This document shows, piece by piece, positions 51,401-63,219 of a stretch of 64,000 bases of DNA. Origin of the DNA: Pecten maximus. Lineage: Eukaryota. The notes beneath the pieces were generated by a model that ran no database searches, had not been told where the DNA came from, and was given only the letters and a program-made list of their open reading frames with translations. The stretch covers positions 22,692,001-22,756,000 of the forward strand of contig NC_047025.1 of the NCBI RefSeq assembly GCF_902652985.1. Reading direction: 5' to 3'. Both the position numbers and the translations under genes were made by a program. Position 1 is the stretch's first letter, and each line of letters starts with the position of its first letter.

Positions 51401-53070
51401 TGGACTGATGGTTATTGTAACAAAGTAGCTCACTACTTTACCTGGACTGATGGTTATTGTAATAATGTAACTCACTACTATACCTGGACTGATGGTTATT
51501 GTATTAATGTAACTCACTACTATACCTGGACTGATGGTTATTGTATTAATGTAACTCACTACTATACCTGGACTGATGGTTATTGTATTAATGTAACTCA
51601 CTACTCTACCTGGACTGATGGTTATTGTTACAAAGTAGCTCACTACTTTACATGGATTGATGGTTATTGTAATAATGTAACTCACTACTCTACCTGGACT
51701 GATCGTTATTGTAATAATGTAACTCACCACAATATACCTGGACTGATAGTTATTGTAATAATGTAACTCACTACTTTACATGGATTGATGGTTAATGTAA
51801 CAATGTAACTCACTACTCTACCTGGACTGATCGTTATTGTAATAATGTAACTCACTTCTCTACCTGGACTGATGGTTATTGTAACAAAGTAGCTCACTAC
51901 TTTACCTGGACTGATGGTTATTGTAACAAAGTAGCTCACTACTTTACCTGGACTGATGGTTATTGTAATAATGTAACTCACTACTATACCTGGACTGATG
52001 GTTATTGTATTAATGTAACTCACTACTATACCTGGACTGATGGTTATTGTATTAATGTAACTCACTACTATACCTGGACTGATGGTTATTGTATTAATGT
52101 AACTCACTACTCTACCTGGACTGATGGTTATTGTTACAAAGTAGCTCACTACTTTACATGGATTGATGGTTATTGTAATAATGTAACTCACTACTCTACC
52201 TGGATTGATGGTTATTGTAATAATGTAACTCACTTCCCTACCTGGACTGATGGTTATTGTAATAATGTAACTCACTACTCTACCTGGACTGATGGTTATT
52301 GTAATAATGTAACTCACTACTCTACCTGGACTGATGGTTATTGTAATAATGTAACTCACTACTCTACCTGGACTGATGGTTATTGTAATAATGTAACTCA
52401 CAACTATACCTTGACTGATAGTTATTGTTATAATGTACCTCACTACACTACCTGGACTGATGGTTATTTATAATAATGTAAGTCACTACTTTACCTGGAC
52501 TGATGGTTATTTATAATAATGTAACTCACTACTCTACCTGGACTATTCGTCATTGTAATAATGTAACTCACTACAATATACCTGGACTGGTCGTTATACC
52601 TGGACTGATGGTTATTGTAACAATGTAACTCACTACTCTACCTGGACTGATGGTTATTGTAATAATGTAACTCACTACTATACCTGGACTGATCGTTATT
52701 TATAATAATGTAAGTCACTACTCTACCTGGACTGATGGTTATTTATAATAATGTAACTCACTACTCTACCTGGACTGATCGTTATTGTAATAATGTAACT
52801 CACTACTATACCTGGACTGATCGTTATTTATAATAATGTAAGTCACTACTCTACCTGGACTGATGGTTATTTATAATAATGTAACTCACTACTCTACCTG
52901 GACTATTCGTCATTGTAATAATGTAACTCACTACAATATACCTGGACTGGTCGTTATACCTTGGCTGATGGTTATTGTAACAATGTAACTCACTACTCTA
53001 CCTGGACTGGTGGTTATTGTAATAATGTAAGTCACTACTTTACCTCGAAGGCTCGCCATTGTAATGATGC
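48410..53070. repeat. 42-bp minisatellite, about 110 copies, with 632-bp and 2134-bp higher-order repeats
   Basis: Unit tacctggactgatggttattgtaataatgtaactcactactc. Identical track ORFs at 48958..49596 and 51092..51730; offset 48958 to 49590 is 632. Confidence 0.98.
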
Positions 53071-54171
53071 AACTGTCAGATCTAGTTACTATGACTGGAC
53101 AGATTAAGTTTCTATATTCTTTGTACGAACATTTTACTGGCGTCCCTGACCACCTTTAAGCTTGTAAGTATGACGCCAGTAATGATCCGGTCGTAGAGGG
53201 CGTATGATGGCACAACACAAGCACCGCCACAGACCTGAGCATTTTAAAGTCTGTGTGTCACATTTTGAGACATTTTGGATATCAATAATAAACATCGAAG
53301 GGTGCCGTTTTACCAAATTTCCTAAAATAGATATGAACTGTAACACATTCTCATGTCCCTGTGGCACCGCCATGTAGCCTCATGAGGACATGTATTATGT
53401 ATACACTGCCGATAAACAGTGTCGTAACTCATCATTCTATAGATACCATTATATGGCCGAGGCGAGAGAGACACGAACCTTTTAGTATGTATGTCATCAA
53501 GGGTGAAGGAGAAACGGAGCAATACAACCGAAGTGTGTTATATAGGTATAATTCAACAATGTTATTAACAAGTCTACAGAGGATAAGATCTATTTGATGC
53601 AGCCCCACAAGTGTAGTAGACCAACTGGGGCCTATGGGCGTAGGTGGAGGTGCGTATCATGATGGTTTTTTGTGTGTCAAATAACGAAATATTCACATAG
53701 AAGACCCAAGGGATAGTAGGAAATGTTATGATCGCAATATGGAAGCAATAAAATCAACCATATATATATGATCTACCAACATTTTATATATAGATATATT
53801 CTATTCATGCTAAATATGTCGATATCTGACCTAAAACGCTTACAGTAGGTCACATGGGATTGCGATTCAAATTATGATAATTAGGCTAAGTGCTGTTAAT
53901 GAACACACGTAATGTCTTGGCCTGCGTCCACGTGCGCGTTTGTTCGTGTCCCGCTGGATCACACACGACGTCACGGTGAATATCCGGTGATGAATATGCC
54001 AGTACGGGTCTATTGTATGTGAATTCCAAACATTGTTCGACATATAGATGTACTATATGTACAATGGCCCGACGCTCGTCACACTTCGTTTTCTTAAAAT
54101 TGCATTTTGATCACTGGCTGTCGCGCCTGTCCCCAGAAGGCATGGCACCATTCCCAACCCACGGTCCCTTT

Positions 54172-54980
54172 AGTTTAAACATATTTATTGTCAAAACATA
54201 GACACGGGATTAGGCACAAGTTACAACAACTTATCGACGCCTTCTCCCAACATATATAGAGTGTATTACAAGGCATAGTTACAGTAACAGGGATGATGAC
54301 AAACATGTTATATTATACGGTCTGATCAAATTACTAAATTTAAAACCTATTACTGGATTTGATAAAACATTGCACATATCTAAAGATATTTCTATAAAGG
54401 TCAACGGAAAGTTGTGAGTTTCTATATAACATAACTTCTAAACTTATTGTAACATTCAGATTGTTTAGGTTTGTAACAAAATATGCCTTTCGTTAATAAA
54501 ACGGTGACATTCCATAAAAAGTGAAAGGCATTCTCACAAGGATGACCACAAATACAAGCTGCGCTTTCTACAAGGTTTACTCTAAACAGATCATAATTAA
54601 GGGAATTACATTGGTGTCTTAGTTTGGTATGCAATATATTAAGTTTGCGATTTCCAAATTTAAAATGCACTGGAGGACGTGACTGGACATTTTTCTATAA
54701 TGATAATTTAAACGAATGCAAGGACGGCAAGGACCGAACTGAATTATCTTCATTATTCCAACAATGAAGGGTAGACGGTATAAAAGACGAGTTAGTAAGA
54801 GAGAGCCTGAATCGCGGAATTCTAAAGACATTCATGTTACGCAGAGCATAGTTGATATTTTCTCCAATTAAATGTGGTAAAAGGGTATTTAGGTAATCAG
54901 GAGTTAATTTATTATGCATCTTATACAACAGCTGTAGTTTTCCCTTTTTTTCTACGGTTAGCTAATGTTTCAAATTCCTG
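54172..54980 (-). mobile_element. 5'-truncated CR1/L2-group LINE, 3' end of ORF2 plus tail
   Basis: YKMHNKLTPDYL...RIPRFRLSLTNSSFIPSTLHCWN...FGNRKLNILHTKLRHQCNSLNYDLFRVNL..CICGHPCENAFHFL across frameshifted ORFs. Tail caataaatatgtttaaact. Confidence 0.8.
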
Positions 54981-55970
54981 TTTCATAGTCCATATATATC
55001 TCTATCCGTACTACTATATGGACCGTGGGTTGGGAAATCGTACCAAGTCCCTGTGGTTTGCTGATTCATCACCATAACCAGATGCCTATGTAGTCAGCTT
55101 ATCAACCTCCCGTGTGCACTGATAATTTACCAATATTACCTTTTTTCATTAGTTAGATTTTTACATCTGTCTCGTAGGCTCTCTGTCATGTATCGCTTTT
55201 GTTTGTCCCTGAAAAGGAGACGTCCACAAACGCCACGTGACCCATCTGAGCAGCCCCTCTAAAGCGTTTCTACACCACTAGAAAGATAAATTAGCTGGAT
55301 GTTGTGTTAATGTATTGAAGTGCTCCCCACGTTATTGCACCACTCGTTAGGGACCACGAGGGAAATATGGATAATTGATTAATCTAAAAATTAACAGGGA
55401 CCTGTGTTGTGTGGTCTGTAATGCCAACTGGGGCATTCTGGTGCAGATTCGATAGGAAAACCACAGAACAGGGGGATGATACTGACCCCTAACGTTGGTT
55501 AATGACCTCATCTCAAACATCATCCCACACACTAACTATCGTCCGTCGGTGTCCATGTTTATCTGTTTGTTCGTAATATGCCCTCTATCGATTTGGATTG
55601 AATTACTTGTGTTTATAGTGTTTTCATATTGTATAATGGAAACATACACGTGATCAGTTAGCCTCCCCCAGGGTTCCTTGTCCAAAATATATGGAAGAGA
55701 TCGCTCGCAATGCACCATGGGAAAGACAAACAACAGTAAAAAAAATACCGACATTCAACCGAAACCGTCAAATTCTAAATAGGCAAAACGAGGGTGAAAA
55801 TACGGACAATACTTATGCATGTATGGAGACCCATGGATAAGTACAATGGGAACAAGGCATCGCAAACGATACAAATCCCCTCGCGTGCTAACACATGAAC
55901 TCTGACGCAAAATGGGGGGTGGGGTTATTGCAGGACATTGAAATAACATCAGTTGTCATTTGCACTGAAC

Positions 55971-56494
55971 TGACAAAGATTTTCTATAAATAGTAACGGT
56001 GACATTGGCCTTGACCTTGGCGCCCTAAAACACGAACTCGTTCGAGGTATTCCCATGCTGGACCCATATATGAAGTTTGGTCAGGATCTGTTCAGAAATG
56101 AAGTCGCAAGAGTGCTGACAAAGATTTTCTATAAATAGTAACGGTGACATTAACCTTGACCTTGGCACCCCGAAACACAAACTCGTTCGAGGTATTCCCA
56201 TGCTGGACCCATATATGAAGTTTGGTCAGGATCTGTTCAGAAATGAAGTTGCAAGAGTGCTGACAAAGATTTTCTATAAATAGTAACGGTGACCTTGACC
56301 TTGACCTTGGCACCCTGAAACACGAACTCTTTCGAGGTATTCCCATGCTGGACCCATATATGAAGTTTGGTCAGAATCCGTTCAAAAATGAAGTCGCAAG
56401 AGCGCTGACAAAAAGTGAACATACGTACGTACGTACTTACGTACGAACGGAACGCTATATCCCCTCCCCGACTTTCGTCGCGAGGGGATAATAA
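55971..56494 (+). mobile_element. HINE / pearl-like non-autonomous Helentron, 3' part
   Basis: Three 145-bp internal tandem units (55971, 56116, 56261) with gaccttgaccttg, an (acgt)n microsatellite, and terminal hairpin tatcccct..cgac-tttc-gtcg..aggggata followed by ataa. Confidence 0.85.
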
Positions 56495-56879
56495 GACAAA
56501 GGCGTTCAAAAAGGGTAAGAGTCCTTTGTTTATCTAGGTCAAATCCGGGGAAAGTCATAATAAAACACCTAACATGTCTGACGTCAAATCGCAAAAGACA
56601 ATAGCTCCCTAAGAGATCCTAATGTCGGCCATGGAGTGTAACGTAATCAGAAGCCTTGGCTAGCGAAGATGCCATAGATTAAAATGTCCAATGTTCTTAA
56701 GCTGCATCTCTCGAATCCCTGTGCTGTTTATTCTTTTCGCCAGTAAGCTAGTCGACATACCCTGATAATAGGAACAAGTCATTGAACAGCATAGGGAAGG
56801 GAAGCAGGGATATTGCTATCAACAAATGGAAGTTAACTTTTGGGAAATTGAATTGGTAAGTTGTCCTTGCTGGTTATAT

Positions 56880-57150
56880 TGAGTTATTGTAAGTTTTAAT
56901 GAAAGTATTTGGATTATAATCAGATTGAAAGGGCTGACAAACTTCTCGCTGGCGCCATATATAGTTCATCTATCGTCACACATACAATGAGAAGTTAAAC
57001 GTAGTCATCAATGGAGCATGCTCAGTGTACATGTTTTACAACTTTGTGTACGCATGCTGCCCTGGACATCTGTCTGATGAAGGTGACAGTGTTCATACCG
57101 TGCTGCTCATCGAAACGTCTCGTATTCATTGGTTTTGTAACCGAATAAAA
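56880..57150 (+). mobile_element. possible Penelope-like element 3' remnant with minimal hammerhead motif
   Basis: ESIWI....KGL resembles the GIY-YIG C-terminus. CTGATGA-a-ggtga..tcatc-GAAACGTC at 57074-57119, followed by AATAAA. Confidence 0.45.
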
Positions 57151-57489
57151 TGTTCATAAAAAAGACGTGGAACAAATTCAGGCAATGAAAGACAGAAGCA
57201 AAATATGAAAAATACCAAGGGCAACGGATTAATGGCACATGCTTTTGTGGAAATACAAAAGCTTTTTTTTTTCAAATGAAATAAAGTTTCAAATAAAATA
57301 AAGAAGGAAACAAAATTTCTGGAAGTTTGTGGAGAAAGCAATTTTTTTTCAAATGACAATGAAAAGGCCGACCTCACTGCATAAATACTTTGCAGTATCT
57401 TCACTCTTGCTGAAATAGAAGAAAATGTCAGCCTTTGATAAGAGAGAAATACACATTACAAAAGAAACAGTCAAGAAAATGCAAAATTA

Positions 57490-57800
57490 TATGCCAGTCG
57501 GTCTTACGTTGATCACTGACAAATCATATAAACAATAATCAGAGATGCAATCATTAAACAACTAGAAGATAACGATTTAATCTCGGAAACATATGTTTGG
57601 CTTCAGGTAGATCAACCACGACAAAGCTTCTCGGGATCTTAGAAATCATAACAAAATCATATAACCAGTTGAATATGTGTATTCAGACTTCAGAAAGGCT
57701 TTCTACATGGTTTCACATGAAAGTTTACTCGCGGAATTGAAAGGATATGTGACTAACGGGAAAGTCCACAATTAGATCAAGCTTCCTGGTTGGAAGGAAA
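57490..57800 (+). mobile_element. decayed LINE reverse transcriptase fragment (CR1/L2 group)
   Basis: IIRDAIIKQLEDNDLIS..FGFR and VYSDFRKAFYMVSHESLLAELKGY..NGKVHN correspond to the RT motif D(F)xKAFD region. Confidence 0.75.
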
Positions 57801-58124
57801 TAACGACCAATCGTCCACGGAAAAGCATCAGAATGGGAAGCGGTAAAACACGGAATACCGCAAGTAATTTTGTTGAAGTTGTGTAGGAGACAACCCGTGT
57901 AAGACAGTATAACAGAGAAACCGTAAAAAATATAATGAAATTACACTTTTTCGATTGCATATGCTGAGGTACTTTGAAGTACAGTATAACGTGTTCTCCT
58001 ATTGTCGCTGGTTTCCTATTCTCACGACAACTGAAAAATGGCTGTAGAATGCACGAGCGTTTTTTGGTTACGTCATTCTTAGATAAGAGAAACACTAGAA
58101 ATAATTAATTACTCTGTCTTTCCA

Positions 58125-58672
58125 GTTCCTCCTGCGTTAAGTGTACGATGTTCTACCAACACCTACCAACTTGCATCGATGGGGAATCCGGGTAACCTGG
58201 CTCATGTACTGTCATCGTGCAACACTGCTTTGACACTAGCAGACACGTTGGAGAAAGAAAGGCAGAAAAAGAGATGTATGAAACAACAACCCTACATCAA
58301 CTCTGTAAGATCTGGAGAGTCAGGAAGCAAAACAACAGCACACCTCTCTACCAGGGAGGTATACTCAGAACTGAGAAATTCGGGTTAACTTGGGACAAAG
58401 ATTTTTTTTCCAGAAGTCGTGCAAACCAACCTTCGTCCAGATATTCTACTCTGGTCACAGCAATGGAAGAGAATGATAATTATTGAGCTGGCTGTCCCCT
58501 GGGAGGAGCGATGCTAAGAGCCATACAGCGGAAAAGAGAGAAGTACGCCAACCTTGCTGATGACGTGAGAGCGAAAGGATGGTGTGTGTGTGTGTGTGTG
58601 TGTGTCATCCCACTAGAAATGGGGTGCAGACGATTCCCTGCACAGTCAATGTGGGGGGTGTTTGCTGCTTTA
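58125..58672 (+). mobile_element. Hero-clade-like RLE non-LTR retrotransposon, C-terminal fragment (left part)
   Basis: VYDVLPTPTNLHRWG, GNLAHVLSSC (CCHC remnant), TNLRPDILLWS..IIIELAVPWEE (PD-(D/E)xK nuclease), PLEMGCRRFPAQSMW. A (TG)n expansion lies at 58582-58605. Confidence 0.85.
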
Positions 58673-61655
58673 TAGTCCGGTTGCCAAACCCCGATTTCTC
58701 TCTTAACCTTGCATTTTCGTCCACATAATGTTTTTCAGTGATTTTTGTATGTTTGAGGGGTGCTGATCCCAGAACTGCTTGGTGCCACTCTGGCACCCTT
58801 GAGCATTTTGAAATATTCAAGATGGCCGCCAAGATAGCTGAAAAATCTAAAAATGGCAATAAGTTACTCATTTATTACTCTAGAGTTACATTGTTTGTGT
58901 GTATACTGGGGTTTTTAGGGTTATGTATACCACTAAAATCATGTAAAATACAGTGCAGTAATCAATTCTTTAATTCAATCTAAAATAGCATCCAAAATGG
59001 CCGCCGAAACCTCAAAATTGCAATAAGTCATGTATTTTTTCCTTAAAACGGTTATTGGTGTTTATGTTTTGATATGGAGATTGCTTCATAGTAACACAAT
59101 CACAATCAAAATATTGTTCAGTATGAATGGAAATTATGTTATGATTAAATGTTATGCCAGGTATTGATTAAATTATATGCGACCCATAGAAGCCCTCCCA
59201 TAAGCAGTTCTCTAAAGCTTTCTTGGAGGTCAGCATGTGAAGCGTCATCAACCTGGATTGTGGTATGAAATGTGGTTAGACATGTTTATCATAACATTCA
59301 TGCGGTATGGCCATGGTCCTGGATGACTTGTCGGAATAATTGTTAACCAATCTGCTCTTAAACGATTGACACTAAGCCTTCATGTCTGCAGTCGTCTCAT
59401 CAAAGACAGCAGACATGCGCGAGGAAGACACAAAACCACAAGTTATTTCACACAGAGAGGATATGCCAGCTCGTATACGTACCTTGGATTCGACAAACAT
59501 TACGAGTATAGCATCAAGAGTGGCACTTGAAATTTGTATGCAGGGGAAAGGGCAACAAGATGTCACATGTTTGCGCTCATTACTCCCTTACCTTTTCAAC
59601 AAGTTATCTGAACAGTCACAAAAAACAGAGTGCAGGCCACAGACCTTATTTGTCTGCAGATGTTAGAACGGGTGCGTAATCTTCAGCCTACAGACACTGC
59701 GTTCAGTCAAAGACTAGTGGTAACTGGACTTGACCATGCGCCACATGAAGTCCATATAATTGTCTTGCTAGAAAGAACTGACATGAGAACAACTCGCGAG
59801 GAGGCAGACGTGACTATTCCACAGCAAATGACGTGTCCTGTAACACAATGGCGCAAATCCATCAAAGTGCAGTAGGACGATACTTATGTATTCATCTTAC
59901 TGGTTTACCTGTACCACATCCAGAATCCGACATGCTCTGTCATAATGGAAGCAACCAGTCCACAATGGTCATCAGTAGATGAACGAGCAACGGCAAAGAA
60001 ACATGCTAATCTTTTGTGCAGCACATGCTTTGTCAGGATGTGACACTATTGCCAACATGTTTTGGAAAAGGGACTGTACTGAAGGTTCTTTAAAAAGAAC
60101 ACACACTCAGATAGCTTGGTGAGCAGACAGCAGATATAAATGAAGTAATTTCAGAGCTCACATCATGTGTTGCAACATGTTATGGCAGCAAAATTATAGA
60201 TAACATCTCCAAACGTCACTTTCAAAATTAATATTGATATCTTAACTGGCGAAGAATCAAGAAATTAAAGTCACTGCATGCCACCAACACCAAGTCATTT
60301 GCTGTAAACGTCAAACGTGCCCATATACAGGTGTGCATTTAGAAGGCAGTACTAGAGAAACGCCCATCTGATCTTGATTCGGAAGGCATTGGCTGGATCC
60401 GGGATGAAGCGTCAAAAGCTATTTCACCCATTACATTGCCTTCCAACGTACCCCAACTCCCCCTGGAATTCTGAAGATGATCAGATGTGGTTGCACTAGT
60501 GATCATCCGTGTGCAACAGCTAGGTGTGACTGTCAGAAGGCTCAGTTGACATGCACAGTTTTCTGTGACTACACCATTGAACACATCTGGGAGAATCAGT
60601 GGACAACATATACAGATCAACGGAGTGATACCGGAAATGGAACTGAGAATGATGAGGACAGAGCTGAGTGAATATTACACAATGCACTTAAAGTTGATGT
60701 TATTTTTCGTACAGTGTGTGCTTCGAACAATAGTCGTGTAAAAGGATGAAGTAACACAAATATTTTCTTTTGTACTGGTGTGGTTGGTGTCAAGGTACGC
60801 CTATATACCCCCATACACGTTTATGTGTATGGGCTGTGGTTGGTGTCATTGGTACGCCTATACCCCCATACAACTGTATGTGTATGGGCTGTGGTTGGTA
60901 TCATTGGTACGCCTATACCCCCATACAACTGTATGTATATAGGCTGTGGATGGTGTCATTGGTACGCCTATACCTCATACATTTGAAGTTTATGTATATG
61001 GGCTGTGGTTGGTGTCATTGGTACGCCTATACCCCCATACAACTGTATATGTATGGGCTGTGGTTGGTGTCATTGGTACGCCTAACCCCCATACATTTGA
61101 AGTTTACGTACGTGGGCTGTGGTTGGTGTCATTGGTACGCTTATACCCCCGCAAAAATGTATAACACTTAAAAACAAATCATTTGACTGATAAACATGAT
61201 TATGGTTTCGACAACCATTGCATTGAGAGCTTTGAGTTCGTATATTGTAATTTTGGTACTTTAATTTTCATGGTGGTCATTAAAATTCTTGGATTTGACT
61301 AATCACTCTAGGGAAACAATGACTTATTGCAATTTAGAGGTTTCGGCGGCCATTTTAACGGCTTTTTTAGATTCAATTAAAGAATTGATTACTGCATTGT
61401 ATTTTACATGATTTCAGTAGTATCTATGACCCTAAAAACCTCAGTATACACACAAAAAAATGTAACTCTAGAGTAATAAATGAGTAACTTATTGCCATTT
61501 TTAGATTTTTCAGCCATATTGAATATTTCAAAATGCTCAAGGGTGCCAAAGTGGCACCAAGCAGTTTTGGAATCAGCACTCATCCAACATATACAAAACA
61601 CTAAAAAACATTATGTGGACGCTACTGCAAGGTTTAGTGGGCTGCTGCTGGACTA
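58673..61655 (+). mobile_element. Academ-type DNA transposon, internally deleted, about 350-bp TIRs, TTA target-site duplication
   Basis: Termini TAGTCC...GGACTA with TTA on both sides (58670-58672, 61656-61658). TIRs about 58673-59030 and 61319-61655. Remnants RHQPGLW..W.DMFI..FMRYGHGPG, EEADVTIPQQ..DT, HALSGCDT, PPT, KRAHIQ, CGC..C..CDC..LTCTVFC (XPG/PIN-like plus Cys-rich). Confidence 0.85.
60775..61152. repeat. 55-59 bp tandem repeat (7 units) inside the Academ element
   Basis: Unit tggttggtgtcattggtacgcctatacccccatacaactgtatgtgtatgggctg. Most units have a cccatac/gtatggg stem. Confidence 0.93.
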
Positions 61656-61880
61656 TTAGGCATCCGGGGAAAGATCAAAGGGCAGCTGTACGACGACGGG
61701 CAACAACAGCAGAGAAGTCGTCCAGCTGGCTTTGGTGGAGAAGGGAGGACAAGAGCTGGAAGCCATCCATCGACGGACAGTGATTTGGCAATCACTGTCG
61801 ACTCGCCACCTTTAGGGCGTTCCAGGATAGGAGTCGAAACGCCCAGTGAGAGGTGGTCCTGGCTTCCAGTATCCTGGCTG
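61656..61880 (+). mobile_element. Hero-like RLE LINE, continuation (ORF end plus 3' UTR)
   Basis: LGIRGK..AEKSSSWLWWRREDKSWKPSIDGQ* continues the sequence interrupted at 58672, with one frameshift. Confidence 0.85.
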
Positions 61881-62604
61881 GAGTCAAGACTGCTCCGTAT
61901 TTGAATTTTACAGCGATTTCAAAAACAATCCTGTTTTAACATCCCTTCACATTCTTCTCAGATCTGTAAGGTCACTGCCAGTAATGACAGTATCGTATGT
62001 ACTTACATCCGTGACGACAGAGATATAAAACCGTCGGACACGCATGTAATAGTCCCCATCTTCCATCACGTTCCTTACATATTACAGCGCTTTCGGGACT
62101 CTTTAAAACAAGCTAGGAGCCCGTGGTGGTATACAACGACATCCGATATATATATGTTTATCATGCAGGGCTATTAAATCATTCTGTAATTACAAAACAA
62201 AACCATACAAGACGACTACTGATCGTATAGACAATTTTATTGCACATGAAATATTACAACATCTTAATGTTCCCATTGTACTGATCATGTGCCAGATTGT
62301 CCCCGTGTGAGAGGGGCGACATTTGTAATTAGTACACGGCAACCATTGCAATACACATCCTTTAAGACCAACATCATCTATTTCAAACTGATCCAAAGAT
62401 GGGAAGTGATTTTTTGTTATCAAATTAACCGTGTTTCCAGATTCTGGACACCTGTTTAGCTTTAGTTGTCTACCCCCGACTGGTGGGTCACAATAATGTT
62501 ACTGTCATCCATAAAATTTGACTTGTTGAAGTATCATCATTAACATCACAAACTTGAACTTTGCAATCTCTTGGAATATTATTAATCTATCGGTGACAAT
62601 GACA

Positions 62605-62650
62605 AACCGTACCAGACAACTGCCCCACGTGGGTTTCGAACTCGCACCAA
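62605..62650 (-). mobile_element. short tRNA-derived SINE fragment
   Basis: The reverse strand has B box GAGTTCGAAACC followed by cacgtggggcagttgtctggtac, resembling bivalve SINE heads. No A box retained. Confidence 0.5.
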
Positions 62651-63219
62651 GTACCATAACAAGAACTAAAAAGTAGACACTATTATCAATACTATTTTCT
62701 GAATTACAAAATATTGTCTGCAAAGTGTATGAGATTGTATGGATGGCAGCGTAATGTGTATTGATGATGCCAAATGTGTGTTAAGGTTGAACTACTAAAT
62801 GTATGTGGGAAGTACTACCAATACATGTATCAGGGTAAACATCACTACATGTATACACATCTATTTCAATCGTAACCAAAAACACTCTCACAAAAACATC
62901 TGTGCTTAAATATTAGTATCAGGATTTGATATACATATTATCTTACTTTCACCAGTATACATCATATGATTATTCTACATAATATTTGACGATTATCAGA
63001 GCCATAACATCAATAACATAAATACTGAATCTTACATTTGTTCCATTTGAGATGGATTTAATTAAAGATATCAAAAGAGGTTTTCATTTACATCAGTTGT
63101 TGATGGGATAACATGAAAAAATCTCCCCAAGTTTCAAAAATCTTCCACATGAAATGGAATTATGAATGAATTTAACTCATCACATAAGTGAATTTTTTTT
63201 CTAAGAATGGTACTATATA

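Noticed and set aside
48958-52443. Long minus-strand ORFs (212-281 aa, VVSYIITITISPG repeats)
   Set aside because: By-product of a 42-bp (14-codon) unit lacking stops in one frame. 44-bp variants break the frame, and there is no non-repetitive coding context.
27475-53070. CRISPR-like appearance of regular repeats
   Set aside because: Units are head-to-tail with no unique spacers, there are no cas genes, and the DNA is eukaryotic.
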